Positions 1 to 9,677 of a stretch of 64,000 nucleotides of DNA are shown one piece after another; position 1 is the first letter of the stretch, and each line of letters starts with the position of its first letter. The stretch is from an uncultured beta proteobacterium. Lineage in GTDB: Bacteria; Pseudomonadota; Gammaproteobacteria; Burkholderiales; Gallionellaceae. The position numbers and the translations under genes were made by a program. The stretch is from contig CAVXFS010000004.1 in assembly GCA_963761115.1 (NCBI GenBank), positions 372,023 through 436,022 on the forward strand, in the 5' to 3' direction. The notes below the pieces were generated by a model. That model ran no database searches and was not told the origin of the DNA. It worked only from the letters and a program-made list of their open reading frames with translations.

Positions 1-191
1 GCTATGAAGCCGCGAACCTGGGCGAGCATGGCATGCTCGGCATTCTCGGCAGCGATGACATATTCCTTGTCAGGCGCAGCGGAGAAACTGTCACTGCTAA
101 CGACAGGTCTCAATACAGATTGCCGGTACATGCATGCTGAGAATACAGGTGGAAAGCGAAGCCACGCTCACTAACCAACGCCTGGGATGGC

Positions 192-1757
192 GTGCGACGC
201 TACACCAGCGTACACCAGGTCTATGGTTTCCCCCTGGCTGTGGTCGTCGGATTATCCGCAGACGAACAATTGGCGGCCGCTCAGCGGAACAAACAGGTCT
301 ATCTGTGGCGGGCGGCAGTCGGCAGCCTTGTGATGATCCTGATTATCGCGGTGATGGGGCGCATGAGCCATCAGCTTGCGTTGAGCCGCCGGCGCGCCGT
401 CGAGGAGCATATCGCCCATGCAGCGCGTGTCGAATACCTTGCCTATCACGACAGCCTCACGACGCTGCCGAATCGCAGCCTGTTCAGCAAGCTGCTGGGC
501 CATAGCATCAGCCAGGCACATCGCCACAACGGGCAACTGGCAGTGCTGTTTCTCGACCTGGACCATTTCAAAAACATCAACGACACGCTCGGACACGAGG
601 CCGGCGACCAATTGCTGCAGGAAGTCGCGGCAAGACTCAAGACTTGTCTGCGCGACAGCGACACCGTGGCGCGGCTGGGTGGCGACGAGTTCGTCGTCAT
701 GCTGCCTGAACTGGATGTGGAGAAATACGCAGCCGCAGTGGCCCAGAAAATTCTTGCCGCCGTCGCCCGGCCATTTGTCCTGGCCGGCCAGGAATATCGC
801 GTCACGGCAAGTATCGGGATCAGCACCTACCCGCAAGACGGTCTGGACGAGCAGACGCTGACCAAAAACGCGGATATCGCGATGTACAAGGCGAAAGAGG
901 AAGGCAAGAACAACTTCCAGTTCTATTCCGAGAAACTGAACGCCAGTTCACTCGAACGGCTTAACCTGGAGTCGGGTCTGCGGCACGCGCTGGAGCGAAA
1001 CGAATTTCAGCTTTACTACCAGACCAAGCGGGATATCCGCAGCGGCCTGATCACCGGCATGGAAGCGTTGCTGCGCTGGCAGCATCCCGACCTGGGCGCG
1101 GTGGCGCCGTTGCGATTCATCCCGCTCGCGGAGGAAACCGGTTTGATCATACCGATCGGCAAGTGGGTGCTCAGGACCGCCTGCCTGCAAAACGTGGCCT
1201 GGCAGAAGCAGGGGCTGGCTGATTTGAATATGGCCGTCAATCTGACGGCACGGCAGTTTTTCGATGAAAACCTGCTGACGGACCTGACGAAGATACTCGC
1301 GGACACTGGCATGGACGCACAGCTTCTGGAGCTGGAAATTTCCGAAGGCCTGCTGATGCGCGATGTTGAAGAAACCATGCGGGTATTTCGCGGGATCAAG
1401 GATATCGGGATCCGGATCGCCATCGACGATTTCGGCATCGGCTATTCCTCACTGGCCTCGCTCAAACAGTTTCCGCTCGATACCATCAAGATCGACCGTT
1501 CCTTCATTCATGATATCGCCAGCGTTGCCGAAGACAAGGCCTTGACCGAAGCCATTATCGCGATGGGCAGGAAGCTGAGCCTGACCGTCGTGGCCCAGGG
1601 CGTGGAAACAAAGGAACAAGCCGATTTTTTGCGCCAGAATGCATGCGATGAATTCCAGGGTTTTTATCTCAACAAGCCCTTGCCGGCAGACCAGATCGCC
1701 GAGTTGATCCGGGCTCAGTCAGGTCCTCCGGATATCGATTCAAACCCTGCCACCTGA
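192..1757 (+). CDS. Sensor diguanylate cyclase/phosphodiesterase (TM helix + GGDEF + EAL); true 5' end probably upstream of the window
   Basis: The translation has a TM segment (VYLWRAAVGSLVMILIIAVMG). It has a GGDEF domain (LTTLPNRS, DLDHFKNINDTLGH, active site RLGGDEFVV) and an EAL domain (ELEISE, DDFGIGYSSL, QGFYL). The same frame upstream (3-137) still reads like a periplasmic sensor domain but is cut by TGA at 138-140. Confidence 0.85.
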   Translation: MRRYTSVHQVYGFPLAVVVGLSADEQLAAAQRNKQVYLWRAAVGSLVMILIIAVMGRMSHQLALSRRRAVEEHIAHAARVEYLAYHDSLTTLPNRSLFSKLLGHSISQAHRHNGQLAVLFLDLDHFKNINDTLGHEAGDQLLQEVAARLKTCLRDSDTVARLGGDEFVVMLPELDVEKYAAAVAQKILAAVARPFVLAGQEYRVTASIGISTYPQDGLDEQTLTKNADIAMYKAKEEGKNNFQFYSEKLNASSLERLNLESGLRHALERNEFQLYYQTKRDIRSGLITGMEALLRWQHPDLGAVAPLRFIPLAEETGLIIPIGKWVLRTACLQNVAWQKQGLADLNMAVNLTARQFFDENLLTDLTKILADTGMDAQLLELEISEGLLMRDVEETMRVFRGIKDIGIRIAIDDFGIGYSSLASLKQFPLDTIKIDRSFIHDIASVAEDKALTEAIIAMGRKLSLTVVAQGVETKEQADFLRQNACDEFQGFYLNKPLPADQIAELIRAQSGPPDIDSNPAT

Positions 1758-1795
1758 CAACTCAAGAGAGTCAAGGTGGTACCACTTGGACCGGA

Positions 1796-2229
1796 TCATT
1801 TCGTGAGTACTACTACTTTCACACTGTCATCCACCAGTTTCTGCTCGATGTAGCCGATGGCATCCGGATGTCTGGCAATGAACTTCTTTACCTCGATGCC
1901 GTTTGATACTTCCGGCGGCGGCTGGCCCCGGCCGGTGAAAATGATCTTTGACCAGAATGCCTTGATCTGAGCGGGAGACTTGCCGGCGAATTTTAGGTAG
2001 AACGCGTCGCGTTCGGAAGAATTCTCGACCTGATCGATGGGCAAGACTTGGCGGCCATCGGGGAAACGAGTCATCTTGCCCATAAAAATGTCCGCGATCT
2101 GGTTCTTCTCAACGTACTCACCGGGTTTTTGGCAGCGACCACCGCAACCACCTCGGCCGATGCCCCGGCTGAGCCAAAACCCAGGAACAGTCCGATGATG
2201 AAAAATCCGATGCGGAACATATTGATCAT
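1796..2229 (-). pseudogene. Small periplasmic phosphate-binding-protein-like (PBP-like) protein, frame-disrupted
   Basis: ATG at 2229 gives the signal peptide MINMFRIGFFIIGLFLGFGSAGASA followed by EVVAVVAAKNPVSTL. The reading must then shift near 2101-2110 to continue KNQIADIFMGKMTRFPDG...AFWSKIIFTGRGQPPPEV...IGYIEQKLVDDSVKVV to the stop at 1796. Length is 434 nt, one base short of a multiple of 3. Confidence 0.7.
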
Positions 2230-2240
2230 GATCAGCCTCA

Positions 2241-3489
2241 TCAGAATACGAAATCAATCGCTGCGCTGAACACGTTGACCGTGCCGCCCGATTGATATCC
2301 CGGCTGGAGATTGATCAATACGCCGGACGAGCCGGCGCCGATGCGGGTGTGATCATATTGCAGCTTGAGGGCGGCGTTACTCATGAAATCCCAGCGCCCG
2401 CCGATGGACAGGGTGTCCTGAACCGGATTCGTGCTCATTACCGAATTAAGGATGGCATTGAGGCCTGCTGCTGGTCCTACCAAAGGGGGGGGCAGGGTGG
2501 ACAGGTTCAAACCGGGATCGGAGAGTTTGTCCGCCTGTCGCATGGCTATAAGTGAAGTAGGGCGTAAACGCCCCAAACCGATAGCCGCCGCTCACGTACC
2601 AGCCGGTTTGATTACCAACGATGGATTGGGTGACTAAATGGTCCCATTCACCCATCACGAACCACTTGCCGGGATCGTAGCGTGCGCCCAATGTGATGAC
2701 GGATAATGGTTTGCCATCTATATCGTATCTGTCAGCAATGGCAATTCCTTCCGGCCCAAACTGCCTGAAGGCGTCGAAAATCGGCTTAAAGCCGTCCAGA
2801 GTCATGTGGGTTGATTCATACCCTATGTGCAGAGTGGCGTCGTGGTAATCGCCTGTATAGGCCAAGCCCCACGACTGCTTCGCTTTGATTGAGCCGCCGC
2901 CGGCTGGCAGCTTATTTTCGCTATTACCGAAGTGCGCCTGCAGAATATTCGTGATCTCACCGATGCGCATCTGGAAGCTTGCGTCAATGCCGTCGCTGGC
3001 GGTGACCGGTGCCAGGCGATAGACCTCCAGCGGCGGACGCACCCAAGGATAGGAATAAGCCACTTTGCGGGTATCGGAGAACAGAAAGGTGGGCAGCACG
3101 GTGCGGCCGGCGCGTACACTGAAATCCGGCGTGAACTGATACTTGATATTCGCCCATTCCACATGGGGCAGGTAAGTGTTGTCGTAATTCTGCTCCGATA
3201 TGACTTGTAACACGGCTGAGAGCTTTGGGGTGAAATTGGCAGTGACTTGCCCCCCGATCAGGCTGTCGACGTCTGCGCTCCAGACATGGCTGTAGCCGGC
3301 ACCGTTGGGCTTGAGTATGGAAGAGGTAAAGTCTGCCTGGTTCTCGCTGGAGTGAACCACACCCAGCATGCCGAAGCCGCTGAACGAAAACATCGGCGCT
3401 TCTAAATGGTCAGCGCTCGCGCCGGTGGCGTACAGTGCCATTACAAGCAGGGCGATGTGAGTCAATTTGTTCGATATGGGTTCAATCAT
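2241..3489 (-). pseudogene. Outer-membrane porin (beta-barrel), frame-disrupted
   Basis: It has the signal peptide MIEPISNKLTHIALLVMALYATGASA, an alternating beta-strand-like sequence and a C-terminal ...VFSAAIDFVF with terminal Phe. The N-terminal part (ORF 2446..3489) and C-terminal part (ORF 2241..2576) are in different frames and join near 2535-2545. Length is 1249 nt, one extra base. Confidence 0.7.
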
Positions 3490-3921
3490 GCTTGCTCCAG
3501 ATCAAAGATCGATCCGCCGCAATATTTCGAAATTCGGCGCAACCTTGATTCTGGAATTATCCCGTTACTCTGGAACGCCCTCTGTACGCTAGCACACACA
3601 GAGTGTGAATCAGTTCAGCTTGAGCCGCCTCGCGGTAACTGCATGGCAATAACGGTGTCGCATGACGAGGGCTACTAGGAGCATCAACGACTCTAGCACC
3701 GTAATTTTCTTCGCCCGGCTACCTCGCTGAATTTTCTGGTTATGTGCGTTGCCGTACGGTGTCGCTGCAATTGTGCGCGCATTATGAAATCCTTTGAGTC
3801 CGGAGCAAAGAGACAACATCAGCAGGTTGCCAGCGATCATAAGGCAACTGAGCATCACGAGCGTGTTGCCGTTGCCGAATGTTCTCTAACCGAACATCGC
3901 AGTTTTAATGGAGGCGATGAT

Positions 3922-4398
3922 ATGAAAAATGAAATCGTGGCGCTGGAGTGGAACGAAGGAATGAGCGTCGGAATCCCGGAGATCGACGAGGATCACAGGC
4001 AATTCATTGCCCTGGTGAATGGGTTCAATAAATCAGTCGCAAACCGGATGGCACATACCGACGTCAAGAAAAGATTGCAGAATATCCTTGACGATGCCGA
4101 GCAGCATTTCGCGCACGAAAGAATATTGTTCAAGGAGTGGCACTATCCCGGCTTGCGCGATCATGTGCACAAACATGATCAATTAATCAGTTCGCTAAGG
4201 AGCATCATGGCGAATAATGTGTCTCATGGCTATGACTTTGAATGGGTAGCGGTCGGACAGAAGATCAATGCGGCGCTGATCGATCACGTTTTGACAGAAG
4301 ACAAGAAGTTTGCGGCGTTTTACCGGGATTCACTCAGCGCTGATAGCGCAGGGAAAGAGAGAGGCTCTGATCGAGATCATGCTGGAACTGAAACTTGA
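3922..4398 (+). CDS. Bacteriohemerythrin (hemerythrin-like metal-binding protein)
   Basis: ATG at 3922 is preceded by GGAGG (3910-3914). The translation MKNEIVALEWNEGMSVGIPEIDEDHRQFIALVN...HFAHERILF...HVHKHDQLI...LIDHVLTEDKKF carries the His/Glu/Asp iron ligands typical of hemerythrin domains. The 218-aa ORF in the track over-extends upstream. Confidence 0.85.
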   Translation: MKNEIVALEWNEGMSVGIPEIDEDHRQFIALVNGFNKSVANRMAHTDVKKRLQNILDDAEQHFAHERILFKEWHYPGLRDHVHKHDQLISSLRSIMANNVSHGYDFEWVAVGQKINAALIDHVLTEDKKFAAFYRDSLSADSAGKERGSDRDHAGTET

Positions 4399-4441
4399 TC
4401 CGTTCATAGCCAACAGCAAAAGTTGTAGAGGAGCTATCCTT

Positions 4442-4693
4442 CTAGTGTAGTGTTACATTATTGATGGACTTTATTCCTTCCCCCTTGCAGAGGGGGAGAG
4501 CGAAGCGAGGGGGCATTAGGATGGGGGTAGGACGGTGGACTTGCCATAGCCGGTGGACATGCCGAGTCTCTACCCCCTCCCCAGCCCTCCCCCTGCAAGG
4601 GGGAGGGGGCGTTTCGAGGTTTCGCACCGTTAAGTTTTCGGCACAAGAAATTACAGTCGCTTAAGTTCCAAACAGAATGCAACACTACACTAG
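4442..4693. mobile_element. MITE-like element with 16-bp terminal inverted repeats, carrying a family-A repeat core
   Basis: Left end CTAGTGTAGTGTTACA (4442-4457) matches the reverse complement of the right end TGCAACACTACACTAG (4678-4693) at 15 of 16 positions. The interior holds CCCCCTTGCAGAGGGGG and CCCCCTGCAAGGGGG hairpins and a GGATGGGGGTAGGACGGTGG motif shared with 13455-13898, 24866-25058 and 29415-29526. There is no transposase. Confidence 0.6.
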
Positions 4694-7600
4694 TTGGCAG
4701 CAGGAACCGGTGCCGCCGGTGCAGGGGTTTTGGCGGCGGCGCCCAGTGCAAGTTTCAACGGCACGTCCTTTCCATCCGCATTGACCTTTTCTGCTGCCGC
4801 CAGCGCAATGCGCTCCGCCGGTACGCCGGCATCCTTCAGGGCCGTGGCTGCGGTCTCGCCCCGTGCCGTTGCCAGGGCCTGCAGACGTTCATCACCCACC
4901 ACTATCGCGTTGCGCAGGCGCTCGAACAGGATGGTGTAAAAATCCTCGCCCTTAAGTTTGTTCACTTCCTGCTCGTTGAGTTTCTTCTTTTCGTGGAACA
5001 GGCCGGATAAGCGGGACATCATCTTGCCGGCGGTGCTCTGTTCGAGCTGGCCCGGATTGGCCAGGCGGAAACCCTGTTTGAGGGCGTCCAGTTGATCCTT
5101 GCCAAAGTGGTCTGCGTATAATTTTTCCAGCGCCGACTGAACCTTGGGTTGGCGTGTCGAGATCGGGCCGGGATCGCTGTCGCCATCGATTTGCTGGCCT
5201 GCCTGCTTTGCCACGGCACGGCGCATTTGCAGGTCCTGCAGTGCTAGCCGATCCGTTTCGGCATAGGTGCCTTGCAGCGTCAGCGACAAGCCGGGACGCT
5301 TGACCAGGATGCCGGCGAGTTGCACCAGATTCTCGCGTTCCGGTGGTGTCAGTTGCGCATCGCCTGCCTCGAACGCGATGTTCTCGAACTTGACGTCGCT
5401 GCCGAACAGCGCACCGAGTGCCCGGAATGGGGCAGTGACGATCTTGGTGAGCACATTGACGATCGCTTTCCATACTATGCTGCCATAACTGAACTTCGGA
5501 TCGTCCAGGCTGCCCGACACCGGCAGGCCCAGGTCGATGCGGCCATCGGCATCCTGCAGGACGGCGATGGCAAGGTCCAGCGGCAGGTTGGTGGCGTCCG
5601 GGCTGTCGACTTTCTCGCCCAGTGTCAGCCGGTCCATGATCACCTGGTTCTCGCCCTCCAGCTGGCGCTGCTTGATCTTGTATTCGAGGTCGAGCGACAG
5701 CTTGCCGGAAGTGATCTTGCGGCCGGCGAAGGTAGCCGAGTAAGGCGTCAGCCGGGTCATCTCGATATTCTTGAACACGACCTTCAGGTCCATGAAATCG
5801 GTCGGATCGAACAGGTCGACCTGGCCGACGGCGCGGGCAAGACCATAGTCGTTCACTTGGCCGTCCAGTTCCAGCTGGCTTGGCGCGCCTGCCCGTGAGG
5901 AGATGCCGGAGATGACGCCATGCAGGTCATGGATGCGCGCGCCGAATGGCAGGGCCAGTGAAAGATCGGCGAAATCCATCGCGCTCTTGCTGATCCGGAA
6001 TCGGTCGATGTCGACCTTGAATGGACGCTCCTGCTTTGTCGCTGCAGGCGGGGCTGGCGAGTCAGCGGGTTTCGTTACGGCAGCCTTGGTCGGTTGCACC
6101 AGGATATTCTTGAAGCTGACCGACTTGTCCTTGTTGATGACCAGGTTGGTATCCAGTCCGTTGACGGCAAGTTCATTGATGTCCAGTTTCGCCGGCGTGA
6201 CTTCGAACTTGCGGCTGCCCAGCGATTTCCAGGCCAGGAACAGATTGCCCGATGCGGCCTCGTTCAGGCGCAGGTCGCTCACGGCAAAGCTGCCGCGATA
6301 GCTGCTGCCCTTCGCGTCGTAACCGGCGCGACCTTCGCTGGACAATTTTCCCTGCGCCAGTTTCAGGTTGGCAAACGCAGCCAGGTAAGGCTGGGCTGGC
6401 GTGAGGTCGAGCGCGGCGAGCTTGAGCTGGAGATCCGCTGTCGGTCCTGCGGGGACGACCTTGCCGGTTGCCTCGAAGTTGCCACCCTCTCGCACCTTGA
6501 ACGACGCCTTCAGCGGTATCGCCGCCTTCTGGTCGTTGCTGATCCCTGCCGCTGCCAGTGCGATGTCATCCAGGTTCAATTCCGCTGCCGGCGCGACCGA
6601 CTCGTCGCGGAACGCGGCGCCGAATCCGCTGAGCTGGAATTTTTCCAGCCGGTAATGCCAGGCCGGTTCGGTTTTGGCGTCAGTTGCTGGCTGGACTGTT
6701 TTCTGACTGGCCGGTGCGCTTGCTGCGACAACCTGCTGCATGGCTTGCAGGATATCGATGCGTCCCTGCGCATCGCGCGCGATGTGTGCACGGCCATCCT
6801 TGAATGCGATGTTGTCGACTATCGCCTGGTGCGAACCAATATAGACGCGGGCATTTTTCAGCACGACGCTGTCGAGTTCCAGCGCCTTGGTGTCGCCACC
6901 CTGTTCCAGATCAAGCTTGCCGTTGACCAGGCTCAGCGTGTCGAGCGCGAACGTGTTTGTGGCCAGATCGAAGCGGCCCTCTTTCGCCTCGATGGTATCG
7001 ATCGCGACCGACGGGCCGGTATCCTGTTTTCCGTGCAACTTGAGCCCGGTGATCTTGGCGCTGATGTGTTCCAGGTTCAGTGCAGTCTGTCCAGCCGTAT
7101 ATGCCAGCCGGTAGTTCGCGGACACGGCAGCGATCCCGTCGGGCGGCGCGACTGGCAGCACATCCCTGAAATAGGTTGCCAGGTTCGGCAGGGACACGTT
7201 ATCGATGTTGATACGGCCGGACATGACCGGAGGTTCCAGATCGACCGCGCCTTGCCAGTCGATGCGGATGCCGGATTCGGTATGCGCCGTGATCTTGTAG
7301 GTGCCCTCGTCATTGGGTAGCGTGGAGATATCCGCGAGCTCCAGGTTGATCGGCTCGATGCGGGTGTTGAAGGCAGGCTCGGTCTGTTTGTCGGTGAAGT
7401 CCAGTCGTGCGTCAGTCAGTGCAAAGTGCTGGATGTCGAACCGGGGCTGGGCAGCATCCGGTGTTTTTTCCTTGCTGTTCAGCGCATCGAGCAGTGCCGA
7501 CCAGTTGTTGCGGCCATCCGGCTGCAGGACAGCCGTGGCTTCAAGTCCATCGAGCCGGATGTCGTCAAAAACGAAAGCCCGGCGAAAGATGCTGGCGACA

Positions 7601-7869
7601 GACAGGTCCACCACCAGTTCGCGAAATGCCAGCAGCGGCGCGCCATCGGGCCGGTCAAGACGCAATCCGGACAGGCGCAGGGTGTTCGTCAACGGATTGA
7701 ATTCGGGCCGGTCCATGACCAGGTGATGGCTCGCTTTCGCGGCGACGAACTTTTCCGCCTGTGCCTGGATGATGCGCGGCAGCGCCAGCCAGGCGAACAG
7801 GAAATAAAACACGACCAGGCCGGCCAGGGTCAGTGCCAGGGTCTTGCGGGAAGGTAGGCGACGGGGCAT
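4690..7869 (-). CDS. DUF748 domain-containing (AsmA-like) large envelope protein
   Basis: This is a 1059-aa ORF with an N-terminal TM anchor (LALTLAGLVVFYFLFAWLALP). It has the motifs DRPEFNPLTNTLRLSGLRLDRPDG and C-terminal DDPKFSYGSIVWKAIVNVLTKIVTAPFRALGALFG that I recognise from the DUF748 family. Confidence 0.8.
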   Translation of the reverse strand: MPRRLPSRKTLALTLAGLVVFYFLFAWLALPRIIQAQAEKFVAAKASHHLVMDRPEFNPLTNTLRLSGLRLDRPDGAPLLAFRELVVDLSVASIFRRAFVFDDIRLDGLEATAVLQPDGRNNWSALLDALNSKEKTPDAAQPRFDIQHFALTDARLDFTDKQTEPAFNTRIEPINLELADISTLPNDEGTYKITAHTESGIRIDWQGAVDLEPPVMSGRINIDNVSLPNLATYFRDVLPVAPPDGIAAVSANYRLAYTAGQTALNLEHISAKITGLKLHGKQDTGPSVAIDTIEAKEGRFDLATNTFALDTLSLVNGKLDLEQGGDTKALELDSVVLKNARVYIGSHQAIVDNIAFKDGRAHIARDAQGRIDILQAMQQVVAASAPASQKTVQPATDAKTEPAWHYRLEKFQLSGFGAAFRDESVAPAAELNLDDIALAAAGISNDQKAAIPLKASFKVREGGNFEATGKVVPAGPTADLQLKLAALDLTPAQPYLAAFANLKLAQGKLSSEGRAGYDAKGSSYRGSFAVSDLRLNEAASGNLFLAWKSLGSRKFEVTPAKLDINELAVNGLDTNLVINKDKSVSFKNILVQPTKAAVTKPADSPAPPAATKQERPFKVDIDRFRISKSAMDFADLSLALPFGARIHDLHGVISGISSRAGAPSQLELDGQVNDYGLARAVGQVDLFDPTDFMDLKVVFKNIEMTRLTPYSATFAGRKITSGKLSLDLEYKIKQRQLEGENQVIMDRLTLGEKVDSPDATNLPLDLAIAVLQDADGRIDLGLPVSGSLDDPKFSYGSIVWKAIVNVLTKIVTAPFRALGALFGSDVKFENIAFEAGDAQLTPPERENLVQLAGILVKRPGLSLTLQGTYAETDRLALQDLQMRRAVAKQAGQQIDGDSDPGPISTRQPKVQSALEKLYADHFGKDQLDALKQGFRLANPGQLEQSTAGKMMSRLSGLFHEKKKLNEQEVNKLKGEDFYTILFERLRNAIVVGDERLQALATARGETAATALKDAGVPAERIALAAAEKVNADGKDVPLKLALGAAAKTPAPAAPVPAAN

Positions 7870-7960
7870 GCTCGATAGTCGGATTTATAGTTTGGGGTGA
7901 TTGTAACGCGGGGCTGCGGAATCACCCAGAAGTCCGGGTCATTAACTGAAGGATGCCGGT

Positions 7961-8686
7961 TCAGTCGGGTTGATCCTGCAGCAGGACTGATTCCAGATAT
8001 ACGTCCACGCCGCTGGCAGGAGCGATGGCCGCAGCGGGAATGTCTACGCCATTGCGCCAATTCCGCACGGCCTGCCGTTTCGTAACACCGGTAACCAGGA
8101 ACATGACCTGCCGCGCCGCGCCCAGGCGCTGCGCGCTGAGCGAAACGCGATCCGGCGGCGGCTTGGGCGCATCGTGCACTGGCATGGCTGCTGGTGAATC
8201 AGGCACTGTGCCATGATCGCGGCCGGGAAACAGGCTGGCAGTGTGGCCGTCCTCGCCGAGGCCGAGCAGCACCAGGTCGAACAGTTCGATTTCTTTCAGG
8301 GTTCGCGTGTAGTCAGCGGCGGCTATTTCCGCGCCCGCTTCCGCATGGATCAAATGGATATGTTCGCGCGGGATCGGCACATGATCCAGCCAGGCCAGCG
8401 CAGCCATGCGGCTGTTGCGCTCGGCATCATCCGGCGGCAGGCAGCGTTCGTCGCCGAAATACACCTGCCATGCGCGCCAGTCGGCATCGGCTTCGCGCAA
8501 CGACTCGTACACCTTGCGCGGCGTGGTTCCGCCGGCCAGCACGATATGGAATGTACCGCGCGCGGCGATGGCTTGCCGCGCGGCCTGCAATATCGTTTCC
8601 ACTGTCAACCGTTGCAGTTCGTCAGTTGTTGTAAAAGTGTGCCAGCGAAGCGACGGATTCTCGTTTAATGAAGGCATATGCACCAT
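7961..8686 (-). CDS. pgl: 6-phosphogluconolactonase
   Basis: Motifs present are FHIVLAGGTTPRKVYE, WQVYFGDERCLPPDD and LGLGEDGHTASLFPG. It is divergent from gnd-zwf. Confidence 0.9.
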   Translation of the reverse strand: MVHMPSLNENPSLRWHTFTTTDELQRLTVETILQAARQAIAARGTFHIVLAGGTTPRKVYESLREADADWRAWQVYFGDERCLPPDDAERNSRMAALAWLDHVPIPREHIHLIHAEAGAEIAAADYTRTLKEIELFDLVLLGLGEDGHTASLFPGRDHGTVPDSPAAMPVHDAPKPPPDRVSLSAQRLGAARQVMFLVTGVTKRQAVRNWRNGVDIPAAAIAPASGVDVYLESVLLQDQPD

Positions 8687-8759
8687 GCGGTAGTATCATC
8701 AGAGGCTTGATTCTAACGGCTCGCACGAGACGTTCGGTAAATTTTTCAAAGGAGTGGTC

Positions 8760-9677
8760 ATGCGGTTGGCAATGATAGGACTGGGCAAGATGGGCGGCAA
8801 CATGGCGCGCAGGTTGCGCCGGGGCGGCATCGAGGTAGTGGGTTACGATCGATCCGCGGAGACGGTGGCGCAACTGGTGGAGGAGGCGGGCATGCTTGCC
8901 GCAAGTTCGGTGGAGGATGCGCTGGCACAGCTGTCCGCCCCGCGCATCGTGTGGCTGATGCTGCCGAGCGGCGATCCGACCGAGCAGCAGGTGCGCGCGT
9001 TGGCGCCACTGTTGAGCCGTGGCGACATCGTCGTCGACGGCGGCAATTCGAATTACCACGACAGCCAGCGCCGCGGCGCCTGGCTGGCCGAGCAGGGCAT
9101 CGGCTACATGGATGCGGGCACCTCGGGCGGCATCTGGGGGCTGGACAACGGCTATTGCCTGATGGTGGGTGCTACGCCGGAAGTGGCAAAGGTGATGACG
9201 CCTATCCTGCAGGCGCTGGCGCCGGCGCCGGATCGCGGCTGGGCGCATGTCGGGCCGGTCGGCTCCGGCCACTTTACCAAGATGATCCACAACGGTATCG
9301 AGTACGGCATGATGCAGGCGTTCGCCGAGGGGCTGGAATTGCTGCGCGGCAAGCAGGAGTTCAACCTCGACCTGGCGCAGGTCACCGAGCTGTGGCGGCA
9401 CAGTTCGGTGGTGCGCAGCTGGCTGCTCGACCTGACCGCGGAAGCCTTGCACGACGATCAGAAACTGGACGGCATCGCACCCTTCGTCTCCGATTCGGGC
9501 GAAGGCCGCTGGACCGCGATCGAGGCGGTGGAGCAGGGCGTGGCCGCGCCGGTGCTGACGCTGGCACTGCAGATGCGCTTCGCCAGCCAGAACGACACCG
9601 GCTACGGCTATCGCCTGTTGTCCACCATGCGCAACGCCTTTGGCGGACACGCCGTCAAACACACGGGCAAAAAATAA
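8760..9677 (+). CDS. gnd: 6-phosphogluconate dehydrogenase (decarboxylating), short GndA/YqeC-type
   Basis: ATG at 8760 follows AAAGGAG (8748-8754). The N-terminus MRLAMIGLGKMGGNMARRL is a Rossmann fold and GHFTKMIHNGIEYGMMQA is present. The stop overlaps the zwf start (TAATG). Confidence 0.9.
   Translation: MRLAMIGLGKMGGNMARRLRRGGIEVVGYDRSAETVAQLVEEAGMLAASSVEDALAQLSAPRIVWLMLPSGDPTEQQVRALAPLLSRGDIVVDGGNSNYHDSQRRGAWLAEQGIGYMDAGTSGGIWGLDNGYCLMVGATPEVAKVMTPILQALAPAPDRGWAHVGPVGSGHFTKMIHNGIEYGMMQAFAEGLELLRGKQEFNLDLAQVTELWRHSSVVRSWLLDLTAEALHDDQKLDGIAPFVSDSGEGRWTAIEAVEQGVAAPVLTLALQMRFASQNDTGYGYRLLSTMRNAFGGHAVKHTGKK

Noticed and set aside
3610-3858. An 82-aa minus-strand ORF in the 430-bp porin/hemerythrin intergenic region, with a hydrophobic N-terminus.
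   Set aside because: It has no RBS and no recognisable family, and it overlaps the likely hemerythrin promoter region. The evidence is insufficient.
4442-4751. Small ORFs encoded within family-A repeats, such as 4442..4627, 4458..4751, 4461..4664, 13362..13550 and 29445..30053, with PLQGEGWGGG-like text.
   Set aside because: They are translations of GC-rich palindromic repeats in several frames and both strands. They have no start-site context and each is a reverse-complement echo of another.
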